DNA from: Bacillales bacterium
GTDB lineage: Bacteria > Bacillota_I > Bacilli_A > RF39 > UBA660
Assembly (NCBI GenBank): GCA_016288305.1
Contig: JAEEYW010000001.1
Span: 1 to 57,882 of the forward strand
Direction: 5' to 3'
Length of the DNA stretch: 57,882 bases
Shown: one piece after another, positions 18,726-27,956 of the stretch
Numbering within the stretch: the first letter of the stretch is position 1
Layout: every line of letters begins with the position of its first letter
Position numbers and translations under genes: made by a program
The notes under the pieces: model-generated
What the model was told of the DNA's origin: nothing
Databases searched by the model: none
What the model saw: only the letters and a program-made list of their open reading frames with translations

Positions 18726-20210
18726 ATGATTAGACAATTTGATTTCGAGAAAGTGCCTGTAGTAGAAGTAGTAAATGAAATACTAGTTGATGCAGCTAAA
18801 CGAGGAGCATCTGATATACATTTCGATCCTCTAAGCGATCATATGAAGATAAGAATACGTATTGATGGTTTACTTCAAGATTATTCTGAAGTACCTAATT
18901 CTATAAAGAAAAACTTAATTACACGTATTAAAATCATTTCTAGTATGAACATTACTGAATCAAGATTACCTCAAGATGGCGCTATTAAAACTAGATTACA
19001 AGACATTAACTTGGATTTGCGTGTTTCATGTATTCCAACTAATAATGGCGAAAAAATAGTTATCCGTATTCTTGACTACTCTATGAGTTTAGCTGGTATT
19101 GAAAATTTGGGATTCAGTGAGGAAAACTACCATAAAGTATTAAAAATGATAGAAAAACCAAACGGTATTATATTAGTAACCGGTGCTACAGGTTCCGGTA
19201 AATCAACAACGGTATATTCTATTTTACAACGTTTAAATACTGAACAAGCTAATGTTGTTACAGTTGAGGATCCAGTCGAAATGAGTATTGAAGGAATTAA
19301 CCAAATTCAAACAAATAGTGAAATTGGCTTAACATTCTCCTCTGCTCTACGCTCTATCTTACGTCAAGACCCTAACATCATAATGGTCGGAGAAATTCGT
19401 GATACTGAAACAGCTAAAATAGCCGTTAGAGCTTCAATTACTGGACACTTAGTATTATCTACTATCCATACAAATAACTCATTAAACACTATTGAACGTT
19501 TACTTGATATGGATGTTGAAAGATATTTACTTGCTTCTGCTTTAGAAGGAATTATTTCACAAGTTTTAGCTCGTAAATTATGTCCACATTGTAGAAAATT
19601 AAGAAAAACTAATCAATATGAAAAAGATTTATTTAAAAAAGTTTTAGATAAAGATGTTGATGAAATATATACTACTGAGGGATGCGAACATTGTGGTAAT
19701 GGATACTCTGGACGTATTGCTATCCATGAAGTATTGTTATTCAACCAAGATATTAGAGATGCTATTTCAGCAGGTGTTAGAAAAGATGAATTAAGAACAT
19801 TAGTATATCAATCTGGAGCTAAAACAATGCTTCAAGATGGTTTGGAAAAAGTATTATCAGGTCTTACTACTTTCGAAGAAATTATTAAGTTAATTGAACT
19901 TGAAGGAGATAATAAAGATTCTGGAGGTTTACAACTTGCTTTAAATGATGTTCAAATAGTAAAAAAATCTGAAGAAAATAATGAAGAATTAAATACCACT
20001 GTAGAAAAAAACAGTGAAGAATTAAATAATCCAGTTGAAGAAAATGGCGAAGAATTAAATACAGTTGAAGAAAATACAGAAACAAATGATACAACTGATG
20101 AAACATTTACAAATCCATTTGCTGATGAAGTAAGTAATGAGTTCAATAACCCATTTGCAACATCAACAGAAAGCTATACTAATAGTGAAGATTTATTTAA
20201 TAATTTTTAA
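18726..20210 (+). CDS. Type IV pilus / competence pseudopilus assembly ATPase (GspE/PilB/ComGA family) with acidic C-terminal extension
   Basis: Walker A GATGSGKST, Asp box VTVEDPVE, Walker B IIMVGEIRD, His box TGHLVLSTIHTN, tetracysteine CPHC...CEHC. It has no long N1 domain. About 100 extra acidic residues follow the core. Confidence 0.9.
   Translation: MIRQFDFEKVPVVEVVNEILVDAAKRGASDIHFDPLSDHMKIRIRIDGLLQDYSEVPNSIKKNLITRIKIISSMNITESRLPQDGAIKTRLQDINLDLRVSCIPTNNGEKIVIRILDYSMSLAGIENLGFSEENYHKVLKMIEKPNGIILVTGATGSGKSTTVYSILQRLNTEQANVVTVEDPVEMSIEGINQIQTNSEIGLTFSSALRSILRQDPNIIMVGEIRDTETAKIAVRASITGHLVLSTIHTNNSLNTIERLLDMDVERYLLASALEGIISQVLARKLCPHCRKLRKTNQYEKDLFKKVLDKDVDEIYTTEGCEHCGNGYSGRIAIHEVLLFNQDIRDAISAGVRKDELRTLVYQSGAKTMLQDGLEKVLSGLTTFEEIIKLIELEGDNKDSGGLQLALNDVQIVKKSEENNEELNTTVEKNSEELNNPVEENGEELNTVEENTETNDTTDETFTNPFADEVSNEFNNPFATSTESYTNSEDLFNNF
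19983..20081 (+). repeat. Three imperfect 33-nt tandem repeats inside the ATPase tail
   Basis: GAAGAATTAAATA recurs at 19983, 20016 and 20049, encoding EELNTTVEKNS / EELNNPVEENG / EELNTVEENTE. Confidence 0.8.
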
Positions 20211-20215
20211 AAAAG

Positions 20216-20243
20216 AAAACAGTTCAAATTGAACTGTTTTTTT
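20216..20243. terminator. Bidirectional terminator between the ATPase gene (+) and uppP (-)
   Basis: AAAACAGTTCAA/TTGAACTGTTTT inverted repeat followed by TTTTTTT. Confidence 0.7.
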
Positions 20244-21051
20244 ATATAAATAACATTAATAGAACTGTAATACCTAAAACAATACGGTAGAACATAAATA
20301 CTTTAAAGTCATGTTTCTTCAAATATTTTAATAAGAATGATATACAGAATAAACCAATAATGAATGATGTTAATATACCAACACCAAATATTAATAAGTT
20401 TTCACTTATAATCGTAATTGTATTATCTTTAATTAAACTAAATAAAGCAGCTCCAGCTACAACTGGTACTGATAAAAAGAATGAGAATTTAGCGCTATCC
20501 ACTTTATTAATACCTAAAGCACGAGAAGCAGAAATAGTTGTTCCACTTCTAGAAAAACCAGGTACTAAAGCTAAAACTTGACTAACGCCAATGATTAAAG
20601 CATTTAAAGCAGTCATATTTTCTAAAGATTTGCTTTCTTTACTCTTCTTATCTACCAAATAAATAACAATACCCATAACAATTAAAGCTAAAGCAATTAA
20701 CCAAATTTGTTTTCTAAAGAAATTATCAAATATATCTTCAAATAATACACCAACAATTCCAGCTGGAATAGTAGCTATGATAAGATACCAGAATAACTTA
20801 CCTTCTCCTTTAACACCTTTGGTAACACCACTAATTAACAGTTTCCATAAATCATTCCAAAAATATACAACAATAGCTAATAATGTACCAAAATGTAGTG
20901 CTAGATCAAATGTTAATTCAAGATTTGAAGCCATATCAGCGCCAATTTTAAATATATCACGAGCAATAATTAAATGAGCTGATGATGAAATTGGTAAAAA
21001 CTCTGCTATACCTTGTATAATACCTAAAATAATAATATTTATAATGTTCAT
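20242..21051 (-). CDS. uppP: Undecaprenyl-diphosphate phosphatase
   Basis: GIAEFLPISSSAHL and PGFSRSGTTI motifs, 8-TM profile, 269 aa. Confidence 0.9.
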   Translation of the reverse strand: MNIINIIILGIIQGIAEFLPISSSAHLIIARDIFKIGADMASNLELTFDLALHFGTLLAIVVYFWNDLWKLLISGVTKGVKGEGKLFWYLIIATIPAGIVGVLFEDIFDNFFRKQIWLIALALIVMGIVIYLVDKKSKESKSLENMTALNALIIGVSQVLALVPGFSRSGTTISASRALGINKVDSAKFSFFLSVPVVAGAALFSLIKDNTITIISENLLIFGVGILTSFIIGLFCISFLLKYLKKHDFKVFMFYRIVLGITVLLMLFI

Positions 21052-21124
21052 ATCTTCACCTTCCTATATTATGTATTATAACATATATTTAGGATATATA
21101 AAACTAAATATTTATTATTTACAT

Positions 21125-21724
21125 TTATATAACATCTCTTTTACTATATATGCATCCGCAAAAATTTTGACGATATAGATTATATTTACGAGATAATTCG
21201 ATACTTTTTTTATATCCATCTTTCTTTTTAAAATCGCTAATTAAAAATTTAATACCATATTCATCCTGTAGTTTTAAACCTATTTCATTAATCTTATTAC
21301 TATTTTTATAAGGACTAACTGTTAAAGTCGTTCCAAAATAATCAAAACCAGCGGCCAAAGAAGCTGTTTTTCTTAAACGTAGTTCATAACATTTAAAACA
21401 TCTTAGTCCGCCCTCTTTTAAGTTTTCATATCCTAAAACCATCTTTTTAAATTCTTCATTATCATAGTCACAATCCATTATTTTAACGCCTAGAATATCA
21501 CATAATCTTATTTGTTCTTCTTTTCTTTTTAAATATTCTTCATAAGGCTCAATATTAGGATTATAGTAAAGAATTGTTATATCAAAATAATCTTTCAAAT
21601 ATGTAATACAATAACTACTACATGGCGCACAACAACTATGCATTAATAATTTAGGTTTATAATCCAATGATGCAATTAATTTATCTAATTCTAATTGATA
21701 ATTCATAAAACTCACCTTTAACAT
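21125..21724 (-). CDS. queH: Epoxyqueuosine reductase QueH (DUF208)
   Basis: HSCCAPCS motif, CFKC, C-terminal FCGC, about 200 aa. Confidence 0.8.
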   Translation of the reverse strand: MLKVSFMNYQLELDKLIASLDYKPKLLMHSCCAPCSSYCITYLKDYFDITILYYNPNIEPYEEYLKRKEEQIRLCDILGVKIMDCDYDNEEFKKMVLGYENLKEGGLRCFKCYELRLRKTASLAAGFDYFGTTLTVSPYKNSNKINEIGLKLQDEYGIKFLISDFKKKDGYKKSIELSRKYNLYRQNFCGCIYSKRDVI

Positions 21725-21744
21725 TATAGCATAAAAAAAGATGT

Positions 21745-22947
21745 TTAGAAACTAAACATCAACCAACCTGGTTTGAAAACCATTAATAAACCTATTAAGA
21801 TCATAACGATACCACCAATTAAATGAGATAATTTATTATATTTAGTTGAGATACCAGTTACTTTTAATGTCTTCATAGCGATAGTAAAAACAACAATATC
21901 ATCAATTAAGAAGAATAATATATATAATCCCATATAGAAAGCATATTGCGCTGTTGTTAAATCATTAAGCGCTAAAACTTGCGTAAATATTAATGGTAGA
22001 CCAGATGAACAAGCCAATTCAATTAAGTTAACAGAAATAGCTAATCCTACAACACCAATCAAAGCTAAAGCAAAACTTAATTCACTTTTTAGAAAACTAC
22101 TTTCATCAGTTGTAGCTTTAGCCACAATATCTCTAATTTTAGATAAGATAGATTTACGTCTTTTATTATCAACAACATGACATCCATCATCTTGTTTACG
22201 TTCCTCATAATAATTAATTAAATTAATAGTACCAACAACCAAAGCTACTAATGCTAAAGCTAATCTTATCCATGATACTTGTGTTAAAGTAACAGCCACT
22301 TTTAACCAAGCTGCCATAATAGCTAAGTAAACAAGAGCTGAAGTTATTAAGAATGTTAAACCAATCGTCCACATTTTACGTCTATTCTTCATACCAATAA
22401 TCATTGTTATTAAGAATAGTAAAACCCACATAGCACATGGATTAAAACCATCAATAAAACCTATAAGAGCGGCTACTAATGGTATAGATATTTCGGTTAA
22501 ATCAATATAATAACCAAATATTTCAATAGAATCTATAGTACCCTCTACCATTTTAATATCGGATACATCCTCATCATTTAAAATTTTAGATATAACATCT
22601 ACACTTTTAACTTCAACTTCTTTATCAATTAAATGACTAATAGCTTTTTGTGTTCCAGAACTATAGCCTATAAAATATGTATTACCAATTATTGTAAAAG
22701 GAACTTGTCGATTTGTTATATTTAAAGCTTCTTTAACTTTAGTCATAAGTAAAGCATTCTCTTCTACTTCCATAACTTCATAGGCATGTAATTCAATATT
22801 ATCTAAACTATTTAAATACTCCATTTCGGCTTGACAATGTGTACAATACTTAGAATGAAATAGATATACATCAACCTTGTCTTCAGCATCTACATTAGGC
22901 ACAAAAGCAACTAAACATAATAATATAAAAATTATAATACGTTTCAT
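21745..22947 (-). CDS. Membrane thiol-disulfide oxidoreductase: exported glutaredoxin/thioredoxin-like domain fused to a DsbD/CcdA-like transmembrane domain
   Basis: Signal peptide MKRIIIFILLCLVAFVPNVDA, CTHC redox motif, then a polytopic domain with FNPCAMWVL and a second conserved Cys (ELACSSG). Its ATG overlaps the upstream stop (ATGA). Confidence 0.7.
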   Translation of the reverse strand: MKRIIIFILLCLVAFVPNVDAEDKVDVYLFHSKYCTHCQAEMEYLNSLDNIELHAYEVMEVEENALLMTKVKEALNITNRQVPFTIIGNTYFIGYSSGTQKAISHLIDKEVEVKSVDVISKILNDEDVSDIKMVEGTIDSIEIFGYYIDLTEISIPLVAALIGFIDGFNPCAMWVLLFLITMIIGMKNRRKMWTIGLTFLITSALVYLAIMAAWLKVAVTLTQVSWIRLALALVALVVGTINLINYYEERKQDDGCHVVDNKRRKSILSKIRDIVAKATTDESSFLKSELSFALALIGVVGLAISVNLIELACSSGLPLIFTQVLALNDLTTAQYAFYMGLYILFFLIDDIVVFTIAMKTLKVTGISTKYNKLSHLIGGIVMILIGLLMVFKPGWLMFSF

Positions 22948-23198
22948 TCTATACAACCTTTCAAGAACTCTTTAAGTTCATCTTCATTTTTTTCACCTAT
23001 TAATCTTCCAACTTCTTTTTCACCATCAAAAAGAATAAAAACAGGTAAAATATCTCCAACATTATATTTAGATACAACTTCTTCATCTAAATCATAATCA
23101 TATTCAACACTTTCAATATTTAAAGCTATTTTATCCAATCTTGAACGCATAATTAAACAAGCTGGACACCACATAGCACTTACTCTTACTAATTTCAT
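22944..23198 (-). CDS. Thioredoxin-family protein
   Basis: WCPAC active site, about 84 aa from the ATG at 23198, which overlaps the cysteine desulfurase stop (ATGA). Confidence 0.75.
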   Translation of the reverse strand: MKLVRVSAMWCPACLIMRSRLDKIALNIESVEYDYDLDEEVVSKYNVGDILPVFILFDGEKEVGRLIGEKNEDELKEFLKGCIE

Positions 23199-24310
23199 TT
23201 TAATCGCAAACTTTCTACACATTCTTTAAATGTATCAATAAAATATTTAACCTCTTCAAGAGTAGTTAAACTAGATAAACTAATTCTAATACTTGATTTA
23301 GCTCTTTCCATATCATGCGTTAACGCTAAAACAGATTTAGAAAAAGTACCAGTTGAACATGCTGTTTGTGTTGAGATATAAATATCATAACTTTCTAAAG
23401 CATGCAACATTGTTTCTGGTTTAACACCTACAATACTTAAATTCAAAACATTTGGTATACAATATTCATTACTATTTATTGTAACACCCATAGGTAAGTT
23501 TTCTTTGATCATATTATTTAAATTACTAATATAAGTATATTTTTCATCTAAGTCTTCCAAAGCCAAACGCATAGCCTTAGCAAAAGAAACAATCAATGCT
23601 GTAGCTGGAGTACCACTTCTAAAACTTGTTGTACTCTTACCACCATGAATAAGTGGTTCTAAAGAAATATTTTCTTTTTTATATAATAAACCAATTCCTT
23701 TAATACCATATATTTTATGAGCAGAAAAACTAGCTAAATCAACATTAGTTAAATCAATTTTAATCTTACCTAGCGCTTGTGTCATATCAACATGGAAATA
23801 ACATTTAGGATATTGTTTTAATAATTCACCTATTTCATCGATTGGTTGAACAATACCTATTTCACTGTTAACAGCACATATACTAACTAAAATAGTATCA
23901 TCAGTTAATAATTCTTTTAATGAATCAAGATCAACAACACCATATTCATTTGTTTTAACAAACTCTACTTCAAAACCTTGCTTTTGTAAATAAGTTAAAG
24001 GTCCATATATAGAAGAATGTTCAAATTCTGTTGTTATAATTTTTTTACCTCTATTACTATAAGAACTAGCTATACCTTTAAGTACTGTATTATTAGATTC
24101 AGAAGCACCAGAAGTATATATAATTTCACTTTCTTTAATATGTAATAAATCAGCTATTTGTTTTGTAGCAGCATTTATAATACTATTAGCTTCAACGCCT
24201 AATTTATGCAATGAGTTAGGATTACCTATAAAATTATTACTTACGTCAACAAATGATTTTAAAACATCAGGATTTGTTGGTGTCGTAGCAGAATAGTCTA
24301 AATATGTCAT
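23195..24310 (-). CDS. Cysteine desulfurase (class V aminotransferase, NifS/IscS-type)
   Basis: PLP-lysine motif SFSAHKIYGIKGIG and an active-site Cys loop (TQTACSTG), 371 aa. Confidence 0.9.
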   Translation of the reverse strand: MTYLDYSATTPTNPDVLKSFVDVSNNFIGNPNSLHKLGVEANSIINAATKQIADLLHIKESEIIYTSGASESNNTVLKGIASSYSNRGKKIITTEFEHSSIYGPLTYLQKQGFEVEFVKTNEYGVVDLDSLKELLTDDTILVSICAVNSEIGIVQPIDEIGELLKQYPKCYFHVDMTQALGKIKIDLTNVDLASFSAHKIYGIKGIGLLYKKENISLEPLIHGGKSTTSFRSGTPATALIVSFAKAMRLALEDLDEKYTYISNLNNMIKENLPMGVTINSNEYCIPNVLNLSIVGVKPETMLHALESYDIYISTQTACSTGTFSKSVLALTHDMERAKSSIRISLSSLTTLEEVKYFIDTFKECVESLRLK

Positions 24311-24359
24311 ATAATATCACCTTCTTTAATTTTATCAAAAAAAAATTAGAATGTAAATT

Positions 24360-25127
24360 CTAATTTTGAAATATTAAATTATAAGTTAAAGTGACAAAGT
24401 TATCAGGTGTTCTAACACTACATACAGAATTACTTACAGCGTTTTTATTATAATTTAAACGATAATTGTAATCGATGATACAAGGTCCTGTTACTTCATA
24501 TTCATTATATGAATAATCCAAATTATAAAGTAAGTCATCAATAGTTTGTAAAGAACTAGTATCAAAGACTAAACCGTCTTTATATATTCTTATTTTACCA
24601 TTATTTAAACTATTTACATCAGTTACATTTGTATTATTTAACACTAATCTTCCAAGATTAGGTAAATTAATAGCATTAACATCACTAATAGGAGCATTAG
24701 ATAAATCAACTGATTCTAATGTTACTAAAGAATTTATTAAAGTAATATCACTAATACTATCTAAAGCAATACTTTTGATATTTAAGGATGCTAAACTATC
24801 AAAAATACTTAAATTAGGAGCATTATATATCTTTAATTCAGTTAAATTTTTAAAATTCTCTAATCCAACCAAAGATGTGATATCATCCCTTATAGTAAAC
24901 ACTTTGTAACTATCAATACTATCTTGCGATAATTTAACTGTATTATTGCTACACTCACTATTTAAATCACTAGCTACTTTCTGACATACTAATGAATCTT
25001 CAAAACTAATAGATAATCTATCATCAACTTTAGTAGGCTTATGCACATTAGTCACCAAAATAACTAAACTCATAGCAATAATTAATGAAACGACAGATGT
25101 TATTTTTAATACTTTACTTCCATCCAT
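24360..25127 (-). CDS. Membrane-anchored leucine-rich-repeat (internalin-like) surface protein
   Basis: N-terminal TM anchor, then repeats of about 22 residues (LxxLxxLxLxxNxIxD-like: LENFKNLTELKIYN, LVTLESVDLSNAPISDVNAI, LPNLGRLVLNNTNVTDVNSL). Confidence 0.65.
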   Translation of the reverse strand: MDGSKVLKITSVVSLIIAMSLVILVTNVHKPTKVDDRLSISFEDSLVCQKVASDLNSECSNNTVKLSQDSIDSYKVFTIRDDITSLVGLENFKNLTELKIYNAPNLSIFDSLASLNIKSIALDSISDITLINSLVTLESVDLSNAPISDVNAINLPNLGRLVLNNTNVTDVNSLNNGKIRIYKDGLVFDTSSLQTIDDLLYNLDYSYNEYEVTGPCIIDYNYRLNYNKNAVSNSVCSVRTPDNFVTLTYNLIFQN

Positions 25128-25212
25128 AATATACCCTTCTTTCTTCTATATTAAAAATATATCAAAAAAAGAATAAAATAACAATATCATTTTATTCTTT
25201 TTGACATTTTGT

Positions 25213-26028
25213 TTATAATTTAAATTCACTTGGTATACTAGCTGTAAAAGTCATTGTTTTATTAGTTAAAGGATTAATAATCACTAGTTTATTAGCATGT
25301 AAAAATAATCTTTTAGAATTATCTTTAACACCATATTTTGTATCACCAACAATTGGATGACCAAGTTCTTTTAAATGTACTCTTATTTGATTTTTTCTTC
25401 CTGTATCAATATTAACATATAACCACGTATATGAATCATTTTCTTTGATTTTTTTATAATGTGTAATAGCTAATTTACCCGAAGAAGATGAATGAACAAA
25501 ATGATTTTTATCTTCATATAAATAACTTCTGATTGTACCACTATCTTTCATCTTACCAGATACCATAGCAACATATTGTCTTTCCTTGACTAAATCATTC
25601 CAATTATCTTGATATAGTTTTTTAATATTTTCACTCTTAGAAAACATTAATACTCCCGATGTATCTTTATCAAGACGATGAATAATAAATATTTTATTAT
25701 GAGGATTATTCTTTTTAACATAATCACTAACCAAATTATATACTGTTACACTTTTATTATTATCTGTATCAACAGATAACATGCCCTCTTTTTTATTTAT
25801 AACGATGATATTGTTATCCTCATATATAATATCAATATCCTTTGATTTGTTATACTTGTTAATACTAACTACTTGGCCTTTTTTTAATAAATGATTGTAC
25901 TTAGTTACAACTTTATCATCAACTAATACACTACCATGTGTAAGTAAGGATTTAATTTCTTTTTTAGAATATTTATAATTTTCAATTAAAAAAGTAAATA
26001 ATTCGCAAGATTCAACTACTCTATTCAT
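25213..26028 (-). CDS. RluA-family pseudouridine synthase with S4 domain
   Basis: HRLDKDTSGVLMF catalytic motif and a GRKNQIRVH motif. Confidence 0.85.
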   Translation of the reverse strand: MNRVVESCELFTFLIENYKYSKKEIKSLLTHGSVLVDDKVVTKYNHLLKKGQVVSINKYNKSKDIDIIYEDNNIIVINKKEGMLSVDTDNNKSVTVYNLVSDYVKKNNPHNKIFIIHRLDKDTSGVLMFSKSENIKKLYQDNWNDLVKERQYVAMVSGKMKDSGTIRSYLYEDKNHFVHSSSSGKLAITHYKKIKENDSYTWLYVNIDTGRKNQIRVHLKELGHPIVGDTKYGVKDNSKRLFLHANKLVIINPLTNKTMTFTASIPSEFKL

Positions 26029-27616
26029 CTAAACCAAACTTTTCTAAATATTCTTCATAAGATATTTGTTTATCTCTTACTTTACCATCATTTTTAAATT
26101 CAATTAAACGATTGCTTACTGTTTCAATTAATTCTTGATCAAATGTTGCATATACTAAAACACCATTAAATCTTTTTAAGCCTTCGTTTAAAGATGTAAT
26201 TGATTCAATATCCAAATGATTAGTTGGTTCATTGAATAATAAAACATTACCTTTTTCCAACATCATTTTACTAAACATACATCTTACTTTTTCGCCACCT
26301 GATAAAACATTTACTTTTTTTAATGTTTCTTCACCAGAAAATAACATTCTACCTAAAAAGCCACGTATAAAACTATCATCCTTATTATCTGAATATTGTT
26401 TTAACCAATCAACCATATTAGTATCTTTTTCAAAATATTTAGCATGGTTTTTAGCAAAATAAGATATTTTAACATTACTACCTATTTTAATACTACCTGA
26501 ATCAGGTTGTATTTCGCCTGATAAGATTTGTAAAAAAGCTGTCTTAGCTATCTCATTATTACCAATTAAAGCAATTTTATCAGAAGGAAAAATCGTCATA
26601 CTTAAATCTTTAATAATTTCTTTACCATCAATACTATAATTAATTTTTTCTAAACTTATAACTTCTTTACCAACATTTTTATCAAATTCAAAATTAATAT
26701 AAGGATATTTTCTACTAGATGGTTTAATATCATCTAAAACAATTTTTTCTAAGGATTTTTTTCTCGATGTAGCTTGCTTAGATTTAGATGCATTAGCAGA
26801 AAATCTTCTAATGAAATCTTCTAATTCCTTAATCTTTTCTTCTTTTTTCTTATTTGATTCTTTCATTTGCTTTTGAATTAATTCACTAGATTGATACCAA
26901 AAATCATAATTACCAGCAAATAAAGTTATTTTTTCATAATCGATATCTAACATATGTGTACATACTTTATTTAAGAAATGTCTATCATGTGATACAACTA
27001 AAACAGTATTTTTAAAATTAATTAAAAATTCTTCTAACCAAAAAATACTTTTAGCATCCAAACCATTGGTAGGTTCATCTAATAGTAATATATCAGGTTC
27101 ACCAAATAAAGCTGAGGCAAGCAATACTTTTACCTTATCGGTATCCTTTAATTCTGACATCATACAATTATGTAATTCATTTTTAATACCTAATCCTGAT
27201 AATAAAATAGCGGCATCACTTTCGGCTTGCCAACCACCTAATGATGCGAATTCCTCCTCTAAAGCAGCTGCTCTAATACCATCTTCATTAGTAAAATCAA
27301 CTTTCATATAAAGATTATCTTTTTCTTTCATAATGTCATATAATTTGCTGTTACCCATAATAACTGTATCAATAACAGTATAATTATCATATTCATTGTG
27401 GTTTTGTTTTAAAACAGATAATCTTTGATCTTTACCAAGTATAACCTCACCTGTTGTACTTTCAATTTCACCTGATAATATCTTCAAAAATGTAGACTTA
27501 CCAGCTCCGTTAGCGCCAATAATACCATAACAATTATCATCTTTAAATTCAATATTAACGTTTTCAAATAAAGTCCTCGTATTAAAACGCAACGATAAAT
27601 TATTTACTTTTAACAT
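26021..27616 (-). CDS. ABC-F family ATPase (translation-factor type, no TM domain)
   Basis: Two ABC cassettes (GANGAGKST and a second P-loop region, LSGGEKVR signature) joined by a charged linker, 531 aa. Confidence 0.9.
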   Translation of the reverse strand: MLKVNNLSLRFNTRTLFENVNIEFKDDNCYGIIGANGAGKSTFLKILSGEIESTTGEVILGKDQRLSVLKQNHNEYDNYTVIDTVIMGNSKLYDIMKEKDNLYMKVDFTNEDGIRAAALEEEFASLGGWQAESDAAILLSGLGIKNELHNCMMSELKDTDKVKVLLASALFGEPDILLLDEPTNGLDAKSIFWLEEFLINFKNTVLVVSHDRHFLNKVCTHMLDIDYEKITLFAGNYDFWYQSSELIQKQMKESNKKKEEKIKELEDFIRRFSANASKSKQATSRKKSLEKIVLDDIKPSSRKYPYINFEFDKNVGKEVISLEKINYSIDGKEIIKDLSMTIFPSDKIALIGNNEIAKTAFLQILSGEIQPDSGSIKIGSNVKISYFAKNHAKYFEKDTNMVDWLKQYSDNKDDSFIRGFLGRMLFSGEETLKKVNVLSGGEKVRCMFSKMMLEKGNVLLFNEPTNHLDIESITSLNEGLKRFNGVLVYATFDQELIETVSNRLIEFKNDGKVRDKQISYEEYLEKFGLDE

Positions 27617-27956
27617 ATTCTACCTCTATCCATCTTGTGATTACTTTTACAATGTAACCAATCTCTTCTTCTGTTAATTCTTTTTCATCATCAATATGAT
27701 GTATTTTATATAAACATCCACGACAACAAGTTCCTGTCGCATGTTGCGCTATAAAAGTGGGATGAACTTGCCTCATAGGCGTCTGTTTGCCATCATTAGG
27801 AAGTTTAACTTTTAAACGCTTATTAATTATATCATAAGTATCACTTTTTATTTTATCTAAACCTTTTTCATTGATATAACCAATCATTTTATTATTTAAA
27901 TGAAAAGATCCTCTAAACTTAGATTTAGATAATGAATTCAATAAATTATCTATCAT
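27600..27956 (-). CDS. DUF4186-like protein
   Basis: HPTFIAQHATGTCCRGCLYKIH motif characteristic of DUF4186. Assigned by eye. Confidence 0.55.
   Translation of the reverse strand: MIDNLLNSLSKSKFRGSFHLNNKMIGYINEKGLDKIKSDTYDIINKRLKVKLPNDGKQTPMRQVHPTFIAQHATGTCCRGCLYKIHHIDDEKELTEEEIGYIVKVITRWIEVEYVKSK

Noticed and set aside
16309-20210. Reading this as a classical comG operon.
   Set aside because: The ATPase is divergently transcribed and terminated immediately, no ComGB-like gene is present, and the pilins here are large fusions rather than ComGC-GG-sized proteins.
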